Source: Malacoraja senta (taxonomy: Eukaryota). From it: 64,000 bases of DNA. The stretch lies in assembly GCA_038087875.1 (NCBI GenBank), contig CM075999.1:4156001-4220000 (forward strand). Reading direction: 5' to 3'. The position numbers were made by a program, and so were the translations under genes. Position 1 is the first letter of the stretch, and every line of letters starts with the position of its first letter. Below the pieces are notes generated by a model. That model was given only the letters and a program-made list of their open reading frames with translations, searched no databases and was not told where the DNA came from. Positions 13,252 through 25,600 of the stretch are shown here, in pieces.

Positions 13252-13842
13252 GAAGGAACTGCAGATGCTGGTTTACACCGAAGATAGACACAAAATCCAC
13301 AGAATGTGGTTAGGTGACGTTTCACAGAGTGCTGGAGTAACTCAGCGGGTCAGGCAGCATCTCTGGAGAAAACAAATAGGTGACGATTCAGGGCGAGACC
13401 CCTTTCTCCCGAGATGCTACCTGACCTGCTGAGTTACTCCAGCACTCTGTGAAACGTCACCTATCCATGTTCCGGCAGCATCTATGGAGCGAAGGAAATA
13501 GGCAACGTTTCGGCCCGAAACCCTTCCGGGTTTCGGCCCGAAACGTTGCCTATTTCCTTCAGGGTTTCGGCCCGAAAGGTTGCCCATTTCCTTCGCTCCA
13601 CAGATGCTGCCTGACCCGCTGAGTTACTCCAGCACTCTGTGAAACGTCACCTATCCACGTTCTCCACAGATGCTGCCCGACCCGCTGAGTTACTCCAGCA
13701 CTCTGTGAAACGTCACCTATCCATGTTCTCCACAGATGCTGCCTGACCCGCTGAGTTACTCCAGCACTCTGTGAAACGTCACCTATCCATGTTCTCCACA
13801 GATGCTGCCTGACTCGCTGAGTTACTCCAGCATCTTGTGTCT
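13252..13842. repeat. Cluster of Penelope-derived units: inverted pairs plus a 66-bp tandem array
   Basis: Palindromic centre ggcaacgtttcggcccgaaaccc/gggtttcggcccgaaacgttgcc near 13527; units starting ctccacagatgctgcc at 13596, 13662, 13728 and 13794. Confidence 0.85.
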
Positions 13843-15682
13843 GGCCATTCTGCACTGTGGGTTCTGTGGGGAAACCATCATCACTGGAATAACTTCGGAT
13901 GTGAGCAACAGCCACTGTATCGCATTACACCCAAAACATCTGGATGGAATTCCACAGGCAGCAGCAATTCCAAGCGGATAATTTAAAGCCAGCATCATTA
14001 GTTCCATTCCAACGTTATATGTCACTTTGGGTTTAAAAGCAAACTTCTGACAGCAAAGCCATAATTGAATCAACCCGAGTGCTGTTAGAACCCCTTTAAC
14101 TCTGTGACCAGTTACAGAGAGAATCAGGCCCTTCAGCCCACAACAGCCATGCTGACTAAGATGCCCCATCTATACTAGTCCCACCTGCCCGCATTTAGCC
14201 CATTTCCCTCAAAACCTTTCTTATCCAAGTGTAACTTCCAAGTGTCTTTTAGTTGTTGTCACGGTACCTGCCTCAACTACCTCCTTTGCCACCTCATTTC
14301 ATGCACCCACCACCCTCTGAGTGAAGAGATTGCCCCTTAGGTTCCTATTAAATCTTTTCCCTCTCACCTATGTCCTCTGGTTCTGGTTTCCCCTACTCTG
14401 GGTAAAAGCCTCTGCATTCACCCGATCTATTCCCCTCTTGCTTTTATACATGTCGACAAGATCACCCCTCATCCTCCACTCTACAGTGAAGTCCAGCACT
14501 AGATACTCAGGCCAACAATCACCTCCCCAGCTGTGCAAAATGCAGATGTGACCACTGTGATCCAGCTGTTCAGGAGATGGCTGTGTTTGCATACAGCTGT
14601 TCAGATATGGCCAAGTGTGGTGTTTCCAGCTCTTGCACTCCATGTGAAGAAAGGTCCCGACCTAAACCATGACCTGTCCATTCCTTCCACAGATGCTGCC
14701 TGACCCGCTGAGTTCCTCCAGCACTTTGTGTTTTGCTCAGGATGCCAGCATCTGCAGTCTCCATCTCTAGCTGTTAGCTGAGTTTAGACTGCAATGAGTA
14801 GATGTTCTGGTCGTTTGTGTTCTCATCCATGTGGCTTTATGAAGATGTCTTTGAATCCGGCATCCGTCTTCCTGCATCTGACCATGGGAAAATGCAGTGA
14901 CATTTGTTCAATGGTGTTCGCCTGCAGTAACGAGCTGAGGGGAGAGGGGTGATCTAACTCTGGGTGTGACGTGACTATAGGACTACCTGGAGAAACCGCT
15001 GCAGAGCCGCAGTGCGAGGGGGGTGAGAGGAGTGAGGAGGGGGAGGGGGGAGCAGGTAGGGTCAGTAGGTGAGGCTATCTGTTAACACAGGCCCCAGGCT
15101 GGGGTCGGAGAGCTGCGGAGAGCAGTGTGGGAATGACAAGGGGCCCAGTGAGGAGTCAACATCTTCAGCTCAAGGCAGCATCACATTTATTGACCCACAT
15201 CTAAACTCCCAGCTCACATTCCACACGCTCTTGGTAACAGGACTGTGAAGACCACAGATTTCATTTTCCTCTCGTCAGTAACCATGGCGACTGCAGATGC
15301 ACTGAATTCTCCAGACCCGGCACTCAATGTTGTCCACGTTGTTGAACAATTTACACCTGAATACTGACAGATTATCCGTGACTATCAACAACCTGTGTCC
15401 ATGTTTAAATGAAGCAGCTTCACCCAGTCCCATTTTAGCAGATTAGCAAGTTAACTAAACAATCCAGTCAGAGCACACTTCAATAAATACCTCTGGAAAA
15501 CTGTGTGGCCTAACAGATTAAACATGACGACATTGGTTACATCCCAGTCTCACCGTTAATCATCAGCTGGAGGGAAGTGGAATGTCAGTGGTTAATTGTC
15601 ACGTAGCAATACTTACTGCAGATGAAAACAGGCCCATAAACACAAATAAAGATACAGGAATCAATTATACAATACTATTCCT

Positions 15683-16020
15683 CATGAGAGAAATAGATCG
15701 GGTAGACACACAGAGTCTCTTGCCCAGAGTAGGGGAAGCAAGGACCAGAGGACATAGGTTCAAGGTGAAGGGGAAAAGATTTAATATGAATCCAAGGGGT
15801 AACTTTTTCACACAAAGGGTGGTGGGTGTATGGAACAAGCTGCCAGATGAGGTAGTTGAGGCTGAGACTATCCCAACGTTACAGAAACAGTTAGACAGGT
15901 ACATGGATAGGACGGGTTTGGAGGGATATGGACCAAGCACAGGCAAGTGGGACGTGTAGCTGGGACATTGTTGGCCGGTGTGGGCGAGTTGGGCTGAAGG
16001 GCCTGTTTCCATGCTGTATG
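15683..16020 (+). mobile_element. CR1 LINE 3' tail fragment
   Basis: Translation RTRGHRFKVKGKRF...NFFTQRVVGVWNKLP followed by a typical CR1 3' UTR. Confidence 0.85.
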
Positions 16021-17381
16021 GCTGACCTCATCTTTAAAATAAAGACACAACAGCCTTTCCAGACTCAGCAAGGAATCCAACAATCTCAGATATGTGGACA
16101 GGAACGCGATAGAGAAGGTTTAGATGGATAGAGGTCAAACATGGGCAGGTGGGACTAGTGTAGATGGGACATGTTGGCCAGTGGGGGCAAGTTGAGCCGA
16201 AGGGCCTGTTTCCACACTGTATCACACTCTATGACAATAAATTAATCATCAGTAACACCAGGTAAGCAAACTGCAATAATGCAAACGCAGTCCGTAGTGT
16301 AATTTAAACAAAGTCCACAGAGGACAGTGGGGAGGTCAGTCCAAGACATCCCTGGACTTTCTTTGTGAATCCACCAATGTCCCCAACACAGAAGTTGCGG
16401 AGCAGGAACTGGAAGCTGTGGGCTCTCTCCACCATTATCCCATCAATGAAGCAGGTCTGTAGATCGCTGGCTTCCCCTTCTCAAAGTCAACAATCAGCCC
16501 ACTGGTCTTGCTTGGTCTTGCTAACACTGAGAGCAAGATTGTTGTTCTGACACCATTCAACCAGACGATCGATCTCCCTCCTGTACCCTGACTCGTTGTG
16601 CATCCAGCAGCAGTGGTATCGTCAATGAATGTAAAGACTACACCAGAGCCGTGTCGGCTACAGTCATGGGCGTAATGACATCTCTGATCATGTTGATCTG
16701 TGTGTATAGGATGGTCATCCTTGCATCTCCGCCGGCCACAGGATGGGGTCAGGATGTGTCCGAGACACTGAACCTCAACTTCAGTTCCCCAAAGTTGTCT
16801 CTCAGCCACGGCAAGAGGTAGGAAAGTGTGATTCACAACAATGCAGAAATGCTGGAGTAACTCAGCGGGTCAGGCAGCATCTGTGGAGAACATGGATAGG
16901 TGATGTTTCAGAGAGTGCTGGAGTAACTCAGCGGGTCAGGCAGCATCTGTGGAGAACGTGGATAGGTGACATCTTGAGTCGGGGCCTTTCCTCAGACTGA
17001 CTGTGGGGGGGGGGGGGGGTGCTGATAGGCAGATGGATGGACAAAGACCAGAGATGAAATATAAAAGGTGTGAGAGGTGCAAGAAGTTTAATGCCATCTC
17101 ATTTGGGACATTTATCATTAACAATTGCAACCTCATCAATATTACAAATGGTAGCAAGCCCAAGCCCTGATCCCGTGGTTCTCTTCCACAACCTGCCCTT
17201 GGTCATTTGTAGATGAATTCCCAGCTCTACCTGCAGTCCATGGACAGGTATCTGAAAAAAATATCTTCTCCTTCCAAACCACACGTTTCACACAAACTGA
17301 GAACTCAGACTTGATGAAGATATTCTTCACTGCAGAACCATTGAATGCTGTACACTCACTGGGACATTCCTCTCCGACATA

Positions 17382-18228
17382 CAGCGCATTCAGAAAGTAT
17401 TCACACCCCTTCACTTTTTACACATTTTGTTACGTTACAGCCTTATTCTAAAATGAATTAAATTCTTTTTTTCTTTTTTTTTAATCATCAATCTACACAC
17501 AATACCCCATAATAAAAAATCAAAAAGAGGTGTTTAGAAATATTGGCAAAGTAATTAAAAGGAAATAACTGAAATATCACATTTACATAAGTATTCAGAC
17601 CCTTTACTCAGTACTTTGTTGAGGCACCTTTGGCAGCGATTACAGCCTCAAGTCTTCTTGGGTATGACGCTACAAGCTTGGCACACCTGTATTTGAGTAA
17701 TTACTCCCATTCTTCTCTGCAGAGCCTCTCAAGCTCTATCAGGTTTGATGGGGAGCATTGATGCACAGCTATTTCAGGTCCCTCCAGAGATGTTCGATCG
17801 GGTTCCTGTCTCGGAGGTCTACGGACAATCCCTTCATCTTCATGGCTTCGTTTTTGCTCTGACATGCACTGTCAACTGTGGGACCTTATATAGACAGGTG
17901 TGTGCCTTTCCAAATCATGTCCAATCAATTTAATTTACCACTGGTGGACTCCAATCAAGTTGTAGAATAATCAATGGAAACAGGATGAACCTGAGCTCAA
18001 TTTTGAGTGTCATAGCAAAGGTCTGAATACTTATGTAAATGTGATATTTCAGTTATTTCTTTTTAATTACTTTGCAAATATTTCTGAACACCTGTTTTCG
18101 CTTCTTCATTCTGGGGTATTGTGTGTAGATTGATGATTTTAAAAAAATGTAATCAATTTAAAAATGAGGCTATAACGTAACAAAATGTGGAAAAGGTGAA
18201 GGGGTCTGAATACTTTCTAAATCCACTG
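17382..18228 (-). mobile_element. Tc1-like (IR/DR type) DNA transposon, internally deleted
   Basis: TA on both flanks (17380-81, 18229-30); ~220-bp terminal inverted repeats beginning CAG(C/T)G...AGAAAGTATTCA(C/G)ACCCCTTCAC with an inner TATTCAGACC direct repeat; minus strand retains the transposase C-terminus NPIEHLWRDLK...YPRRLEAVIAAKGASTKY* (frameshift and stop present). Confidence 0.93.
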
Positions 18229-19029
18229 TACTCACGAAAAAAATATTCTCCAGAACAAACTGAGAAATGACTTCTCATAAAAAGATGACTTTCCAAAAAA
18301 GGAAGCACTCAACCTGTTACCAAGATAATTGAATTGTCAGTTGCACGTGAGCAGAACCATATAATTTTTTACTCTCTGCAGCTCTACAGTGACAGACGTA
18401 ACGTATCACAATCAATGTTACCTTGTGTTACAGATAGACTTAAGATGCTGGAGGAATTCAGCGGGACAGGCAGCATCTCTGGAGAGAAGCAATGGGTGAC
18501 GTTTCAGGTCATAGAAACATAGAAAATAGGTGCAGGAGTAGGCCATTCGGCCCTTCGAGCCAGCACCGCCATTCAAAATAAACATGGCTCATCTTCCAAA
18601 ATCAGTATCCCATTCCTGCTTTCTCCCCATATCCCTTGATTCTGTTCGCCCCATGAGCTAAATCTAACTCTCTCTTGAAAACATACAGTGAATTGGCCTA
18701 CACTGCCTTCTGAGGCAGAGGATTCCACAGATTCACAACTCTATGGGTGAAAACGTTTTTCCTCATCTCAGTCCTAAATGGCCGACCCCTTATTCTTAAA
18801 CTGTGACCCCTGGTTCTTGACTCCCCCAACGTCAGGAAATGTTTTCCTGCACCTAGCCTGTCCAATCACTTAAGAATTTTATATGTTTCGATATGTTGTT
18901 ATACGAGACCCTTCTTTGGGTCTGAGTTACTCCAGCTTATTGTGTCTATCTTAGACTTAGATATTTTAACTCCAGCTCAGAAATTATGCAAATTAAACGT
19001 TTTAGATCCTCTCCAAACAAAAAGTAGAG

Positions 19030-19191
19030 AAGGGTGAATATTTCATAATAATATTTAAATTTTCAATATTTAATATTGAATAAGGGTGAATATTTCAATA
19101 TTTCAGATTGAATAAGGGTGAATATTTCAATATTTCAGATTGAATAAAGGAGAATATTTCAATATTTCATTGAATAAGGGTGAATATTTCA
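19030..19191. repeat. AT-rich ~32-bp tandem repeat
   Basis: gaataagggtgaatatttcaatatttcagatt repeated about 4-5 times. Confidence 0.85.
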
Positions 19192-19439
19192 GGACCACTC
19201 TGTGGATGGGACCACAATGAATCTTCATAAATCATTTAATCCATGTCTGTCCATTTGGAGGTGTGCCTGGCTCAGGATGGGAGCAAGTTGACGTTTCGGA
19301 CGAGCTGCCATTTCGCCATTAATCATTGTTTGTAAACAGTTATTCTGAAACACCGTGAGATTGAACCCTCTGTATCTCAACCAAAGTGAATATTCGTGGA
19401 GCGAATTGAAATTGCAAATAACAAAAATGTTTTCTGTAG

Positions 19440-19570
19440 GAAGGAACTGCAGATGCTGGTTTACACCGGCGTAGATAGCCACAAAATGCTGTAGTAACTC
19501 AGTGGGACAGGCAGCATCTCTGGAGGACATGGATGGGTGACGTTTCGGGTCGAGACCCTTCTTCAGACTG
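19440..19570 (-). ncRNA. Penelope-derived short repeat with intact minimal type-I hammerhead ribozyme core (about 19535-19568)
   Basis: Minus strand reads agtCTGAAGA-a-GGGTctcgACCC-GAAA-CG-TC-accc: CUGANGA box, stem II, GAAA, palindromic ACGU stem III and a GUC cleavage triplet. Confidence 0.72.
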
Positions 19571-21974
19571 AGTAAGGGGAGAGCAGGACAAGAGAAGTGG
19601 AAGGGTACAAAGTGCTGCAGAACTCTCGTCTGAGAGAGGAGAGCATTATCTGCAGTAAAGTTTGTTCTTCATATTTTAGCCACATTGGACAGGCCTTAAA
19701 GCCGGCGTCGACAGACCGGACACTTCCTCTACGCTGCAGTACATGCTGCTTATTCCAGCCAATTCTAACAAGCTGAAGGTTATTGTAACATGAGCGAGCT
19801 CCTATCTTTGGAATGTTGCCATGGCAATTAGCTGGTGATCAGAAGTTATTTCTCGACATGCTTGTCTGTGGGAAGTCATCGAGGATTGTCCCACAGGCTG
19901 AAGATGAGCCGGGGAACAATGGCGTGGCTTGACAAACCTCCACTCACAGTTGAATTCCATTGGCTTTGACTTTTGCCACAGTTCAGTCAACCTGCTGGTT
20001 TTCTCAGAGAATGAAATAACTTTTGCCCCAAATTCCCTTCAGGGTCTAAGGATCAGATTCCCCAGGGCGATTTTCCTGTTTTCTAAATGCAGCCGACGAT
20101 GTAACTAAAGGTCCAATGACCCCCTGGTTCTTGAACACAAAGATGTTGTGTATGGAACATGCTGAATGCAGGAGGTCTTGTCAAGGCCAAGGTGGACGAG
20201 TTACTGAGGCGGGCGGGAACAATGTTCTTTGCATTAGAAGCACGGTTGTCCCATTAACGGCCCGGGTTCCCCGCGTTATAATGCTGGCTCTACCAGTTAC
20301 AGCACACGGCAGTTGTGGTGAGTACTGTGTTGTTTTGTTTACTGGAAGAGGTTTTGGAGTTCAGCTCCTCCTGCTGTAACATGTTATGCATTAAATGGTG
20401 GAAAATCTCTGTACATGCTCTGGGACTGATCTCCATGGGGAGTCTACCTGGGAGCCGCCGTTCCCATAAACACCTGCTGCAGGTGGCCGGGGCACCAACA
20501 GCTGGCGCCGGGTTTGGCTGGAATATCCGGATGAATTTGAGGACATTGGTGCCCAGATCGGGTGGTAATCTCGTCTGGCCAGCCCCAACCCAGCACACCC
20601 TTGGGAAGAGTTCACCCTGATGCCCGCCCAGTGAGCTGACAGTCTGGCTCTGATGGGCACTGCTACTCCGCCCTTCAGCTCATTCACTCTCCCTGGTGCA
20701 GACAATTCCTCCCTTGGCATCCAAGTGGGGAACAGGGATCTCATGCTAGGCCAGATAGCACTGGGCTGGATCCCACTGGGGCCACAGCCTCTGCAACATC
20801 TCATGGCCAAAGTGTGACCTCTGATCATGATGTGCTGACTGTGCGTATATGGATAGGACAGGTTTGCAGGGATATGGACCAAACGCAGGTAGATGGGACT
20901 AGTGTAGTTGGGACATGTTGTTCGGTGTGGGCAAGTTGGGCCGAAGGGCCTGTTTCCGTGCAGTATAACTCCATGACTCTATGACACAGATCTAGCAGAT
21001 GGTTCACAGTATTCACTGCACACTGGCATCGTACCTGAACTCCAGGAAAAGCCATTGACCTGACACTTTCAATGTGTTTCTGTCCCCACGGACGCTGCCC
21101 GATACACTGGGTAAATCCAGCATTGTCTGATTTTTGAGCAAATTGCAAGCTGCTGGAAGTGGTCAGTGGTCAGTGGTCAGTGGTCAGGCAGCATCTGCAA
21201 AGGCAGGTGGGACTAGATAAGGAGGAGATGGTGGCCAGGTACCTGACACAGGTGGACAGGTATGTAGGGACAAAGTGCTGGAGTAACTTAGCGGGTCAAG
21301 CAGCACCTCTGGATAGGTGACGTTGTAGGTTGGGACCCTTCTTCTGACAGTGTGAGGTGGACGGTGGTTGATAGGCCGATGGACAAAGGCCAGAGATGAA
21401 GGCGAGAGGCGGAAGGATTGAAGAGTGGTGAATTGTGAAGCCAGAGGAAGGGACTTTGTGACGTCATTAGATCCCCACAGCCAGTCTTTCCCTGGTGTTG
21501 TGTTTGTGCATCGCTCCACACACGAGACGACAGTCCCCGTAAACACCTCTCCTCCCCCGGGGAACTGGCAACGGAGCGGCTCACACAGGTAGCGTGTGTG
21601 TCGTTTACTGCCACAGTCAATGTTGGACACAATAAACCTGTCTGACAGAGGCATGTTTACAACGAAACAACTAAACGGAAGCATTCAACAGAATCAATAA
21701 ACCTTAAATTCTTGAACCAAATCACGAGGTTTCCCCACTCGCACACTGGCTCTGTCCGGACCCGGTACTGGTGGAAACCCGACCCCTCATCCCCCCCCCC
21801 TCCTCCTCCCCACCCCCGCTCCATCCTCCCCAATCCCTCGTCCCCCTCCGCTCACCGCCTCCCCCCTCCCGCCCATGACCCCGCCCCCCCCGCCCACGCT
21901 CCCGCCCACGCTCCCCGTGAATGAAGCAACTTGACCAGACCGAGCGCCACTCTCGCTGGCTCCCTGCTGTAGTG

Positions 21975-22185
21975 ACACCACTGCACCGTGTCCACTACAC
22001 CCAGTGTCCACTACACCCAGTGTCCACTACACCCAATGTCCACTGCATCCAGTGACCACTGCATCCAGTGTCCACTGCACCCAGTGTCCACTGCATCCAG
22101 TGACCACTGCACCGTGACAACTCCACCCAGTGTCCACTGCACCCAGTGTCCACTACACCCAGTGTCCACTACACCCAGTGTCCAT
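21975..22185. repeat. 16-bp minisatellite (CACTACACCCAGTGTC variants)
   Basis: About 13 tandem degenerate units. Confidence 0.9.
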
Positions 22186-22301
22186 GACATTTGGCAAAAA
22201 GAAGAGTCAGGAGAATTGTCATAGACACCAGTGACGGGCCAATTAAATACTCTGCCGCCTAACAGGCCCGTAAACGCAACACACACGATCAATATATAAT
22301 A

Positions 22302-23797
22302 CTAGACTAAGTGGGACCCGTTGGATCCCAGCATCACACGGGAGGGCTGGTCCCCCAATGCAATATTCCACCTCTCCACCAATTCCAATATTGGTGGCCA
22401 GTGGGGGGGGGGGGCTTTCTGGAGTGCAGTATGGGTGTAGTGGGCTGAAGGGACTGGTTTCCAGAGGGCTAGTATGGACATTGTGGGCTGAATGGATTCT
22501 TGGGCTGGCGGCTCAGTCACTCAAGCCTGTTGTGCTGGCAGCTCACTCACTCACGGCTGGTGGGCTGGCAGTTGACTCAAGGCTATTCCTTGAAATTCTA
22601 TTTCAAGCAGGGTGCAAGGCCACCAAATTCAAGGGCAGTTTCATACCATTTCAAGCAGGGTGCAAGGCCACTAAAGACAGCGAGTCGTGACCTCTCCCTC
22701 CTCCATCTTGCAGAGACTGAACCACGCCCACACTTCTGGGTTTTATAGTCCCTCCCCCCTCCCACCAGAAGGGGGGTGGCCTTCATGGCGTGATTGACAG
22801 GCGAGAGATTCTCAATATTCTTTAAACACTAATAACTCTTTTAATTTTCATCGATGGGAAAAATCCTCGGCACCTGATGAGCGGAGGGGGACTCTGAGTA
22901 AGATGGCCAAAAAATCACAGCCGTACGTGGTAGCGTCTTTTCTAAAATCAATATAAAGCGCAAACAGGAAGTGATCAAGATTAAAATTTTAATTATATAG
23001 AAGGCAAGGCAACTTTAATTAGGCAAGGCAACTTTAATTAGGCAAGGTAACTTTAATTCGGCAAGGCAACTTTAATTCGGCAAGGCAACTTTAATTAGGC
23101 AAGGCAACTTTAATTAGGCAAAGCAACTTTAATTCGGCAAGGCAACTTTAATTAGGCAAGGCAACTTTAATTCGGCAAGGCAACTTTAATTAGGCAAGGC
23201 AACTTTAATTAGGCAAAGCAACTTTAATTAGGCAAGGCAACTTTAATTAGGCAAAGCAACTTTAATTAGGCAAGGCAACTTTAATTCGGCAACACAGCTT
23301 TCGCATTTCCAAACCAAAGGCTACACAGCTTTAGCATTTCCAAACCAAAGGCAACACAGCTTTAGCATTTCCAAACCAAAGGCAACACAGCTTTAGCATT
23401 TCCAAACTATATTTTCAAACCACATTAAGGGCACTGACAGGTCAGTAAAACCACTCACAGTTTAGTAGACATGTGTTCAGTGTTATTAACAGCTCAGACT
23501 GAGAGACGTCACCCTCTCGCTCCCCCATCTTGCAGAGACTGACTGAGGCACTCAACACTTCCGGGTTTTATAGACCCTCCGGAAGGGGCATGGCCTTAAG
23601 GGAGAGAATCTCAACATTTTTTAAACACTAATAACTCTTTTATTTTTCATCGATGGGAAAAACCCTTTTATCCCGCGCAGCGGAGAGGGACTCTGAGTAA
23701 GATGGCCAAAAATCACAGCCGTAAGTGGCAGCGTTTTTTCTAAAAATTAATATACAGAACAGGAAGTGGTCAAGATCAGACTTTTAGTAATTATAGA
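22302..23797 (-). mobile_element. Non-autonomous Helitron with duplicated 5' end and internal minisatellites
   Basis: On the minus strand: A|TCTATAATTACTAAAAG at the 5' end; subterminal hairpin GGGATCC-AAC-GGGTCCC followed by ACTTAGTCTAG|T at the 3' end; no TSD; inserted between A and T. Confidence 0.78.
23003..23408. repeat. 19-bp (GGCAAGGCAACTTTAATTA, ~15 copies) and ~31-bp (ACACAGCTTTAGCATTTCCAAACCAAAGGCA, ~4 copies) minisatellites inside the Helitron
   Basis: Tandem units visible directly. Confidence 0.95.
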
Positions 23798-24184
23798 TTC
23801 AATAATGCAATCAATTAATAGTCAGTAATACGATGTCACCAGACCATAACAGTGCATCCAAAAACCATGGTAGATGTGAAGGAACTGCAGATGCTGGTTT
23901 ACACCGAAGATACATAGACAATAGGTGCAGGAGGAGGTATATGGACGGGAAAGGAATGGAGGGTTATGGTCTGAGTGCAGGTAGATGGGACTAGAGGGAA
24001 GTAATAAACAAAAAACAAAAAAACAACAACAAAAGTGTTCGGCACGGACTTGAAGGGCCGAGATGGCCTATTTCCGTGCTGTTATGGTTATATGGTATCT
24101 CCAGAGATGCTGCCTGACCCGCTGAGTTACTCCAGTATTTTGTGTCTATCTTTGGTGTAAACCAGCATCTGCAGCATCTGCAGT

Positions 24185-25600
24185 TCTGCAGCTCCCCAGC
24201 CTGTCTGAATGACTACCGTCCGGTGGCCCTCACCTCGGTAGTCATGAAATGCTTTGAGAGGCTGGTGAAGAAACACATCTGCACCTTCCTCCCTCGCAAC
24301 ATGGACCAGTTACAATTCGCATACCGTCCGAACAGGTCCACGGACGATGCGGTCTCCCAGGTTTTGCACACCGCTCTCTCTCATCTTGACAGCCAGAAGG
24401 GGGGCCACGTGAGGATGCTGTTCATAGACTTCAGTTCAGCCTCCACACCAGACTGGCCGAAAAGCTACTGGAATTAGGGCTCAACACCCCCCTGTGTGCC
24501 TGGGTCCTGGACTTTTCACCGCCAGGCCCCAGGTAGTCAAGATGGGAAGGAATACATCGAAGTCCCTCACCCTGAGCACAGGATCCCCCCAGGGTTGTGT
24601 CCTCAGCCCCCTACTGTACTCCCTATACACACATGACTGTGTGGCTAGATTCAGCTCCAACTCTATAATCAAGTTTGCTGATGACACTGTGGTGGTGGGC
24701 CTGATCTCAGACAACGATGAGAAGGCCTACCAGGAGGAAGTGGCTGATCTGGCACTCTGGTGTCAGGACAACAGCCTCCTCTTGAACATCAAGAAAACTA
24801 AGGAGCTGATCGTGGACTTTAGGAGGGCACAACATCTGAGGACGTACACACCATTGAGGATAAATGGGGATACTGTGGATAGGGTGAGCTGTTTTAAATA
24901 CCTGGGAGTCCACATCTCTGAGGATCTGACATGGACATCACACGCTGCAGCACTGGTGAGCAAGGCAAGGCAGCCCCTTTACCACCTCAGGCAATTGAGG
25001 AAATTCAGTGTCTCCGAAGATCCTCCAGTGCTTTTACTCAGCGGCTGTGGTAAGCATCTTGTCCGGAAACATTACAATCTGGTTTGGGAACTGCTCTGCC
25101 CAGGACAAGAAGGCTCTGCAGAGAGTAGTGCGTTTGGCCAAACGCACAATGGAAACTACACTCGCCCCTCTGCAGGAACTATACATCAGAAGGTGGAACT
25201 CCAGAGCCAACAAGATCATGGGGGACCTCTTCCACCCCAGCAACGGACTGTTCCAGCTGCTCCGGTCAGGCAAACGCCTCCGTTGACAGGCTGTGAGAAT
25301 GGAGAGGATGAGAAGGAGTTTCTTCCCAGAGGCGATTAGGACTGTAAACTCCTATCTCACCAGGGACTATTTTTACTGAACCACTCTACTGTTTTTTAAA
25401 AATTGCTGGGGGTTTTCCTCTGTTTTTTCCCCCTTTTTCCTTCCGTCCACAATATTTAATATGTAAAAGAATATGTGATTCTGTTCTTCCATTCTGTTTG
25501 TAGTTTGTTTGTTTGCACAAAGTCCGTGAGCATTGCCACTTTCCATTTCACTGCACATCTCGTATGTGGATGTGACAAATAAACTTGACTTGACTTGACT
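24185..25600 (+). mobile_element. Rex1/Babar-clade LINE, 5'-truncated, frameshifted RT
   Basis: [21 protein letters not shown]...[13 protein letters not shown]...[27 protein letters not shown]...KFADDT; 3' tail AATAAA(CTTGA)n. Confidence 0.9.

Noticed and set aside
17099..17414. Coding exon disrupted by the Tc1 insertion
   Set aside because: Rejoining the flanks gives an open frame, but no recognisable protein or proper splice sites.
20290..20882. Overlapping 100-160-aa ORFs in unique sequence
   Set aside because: No recognisable domain, in-frame stops in the most protein-like frame, and no consistent splice structure.
23003..23408. CRISPR-like repeat array
   Set aside because: Head-to-tail repeats with no unique spacers, in vertebrate DNA with no cas genes.
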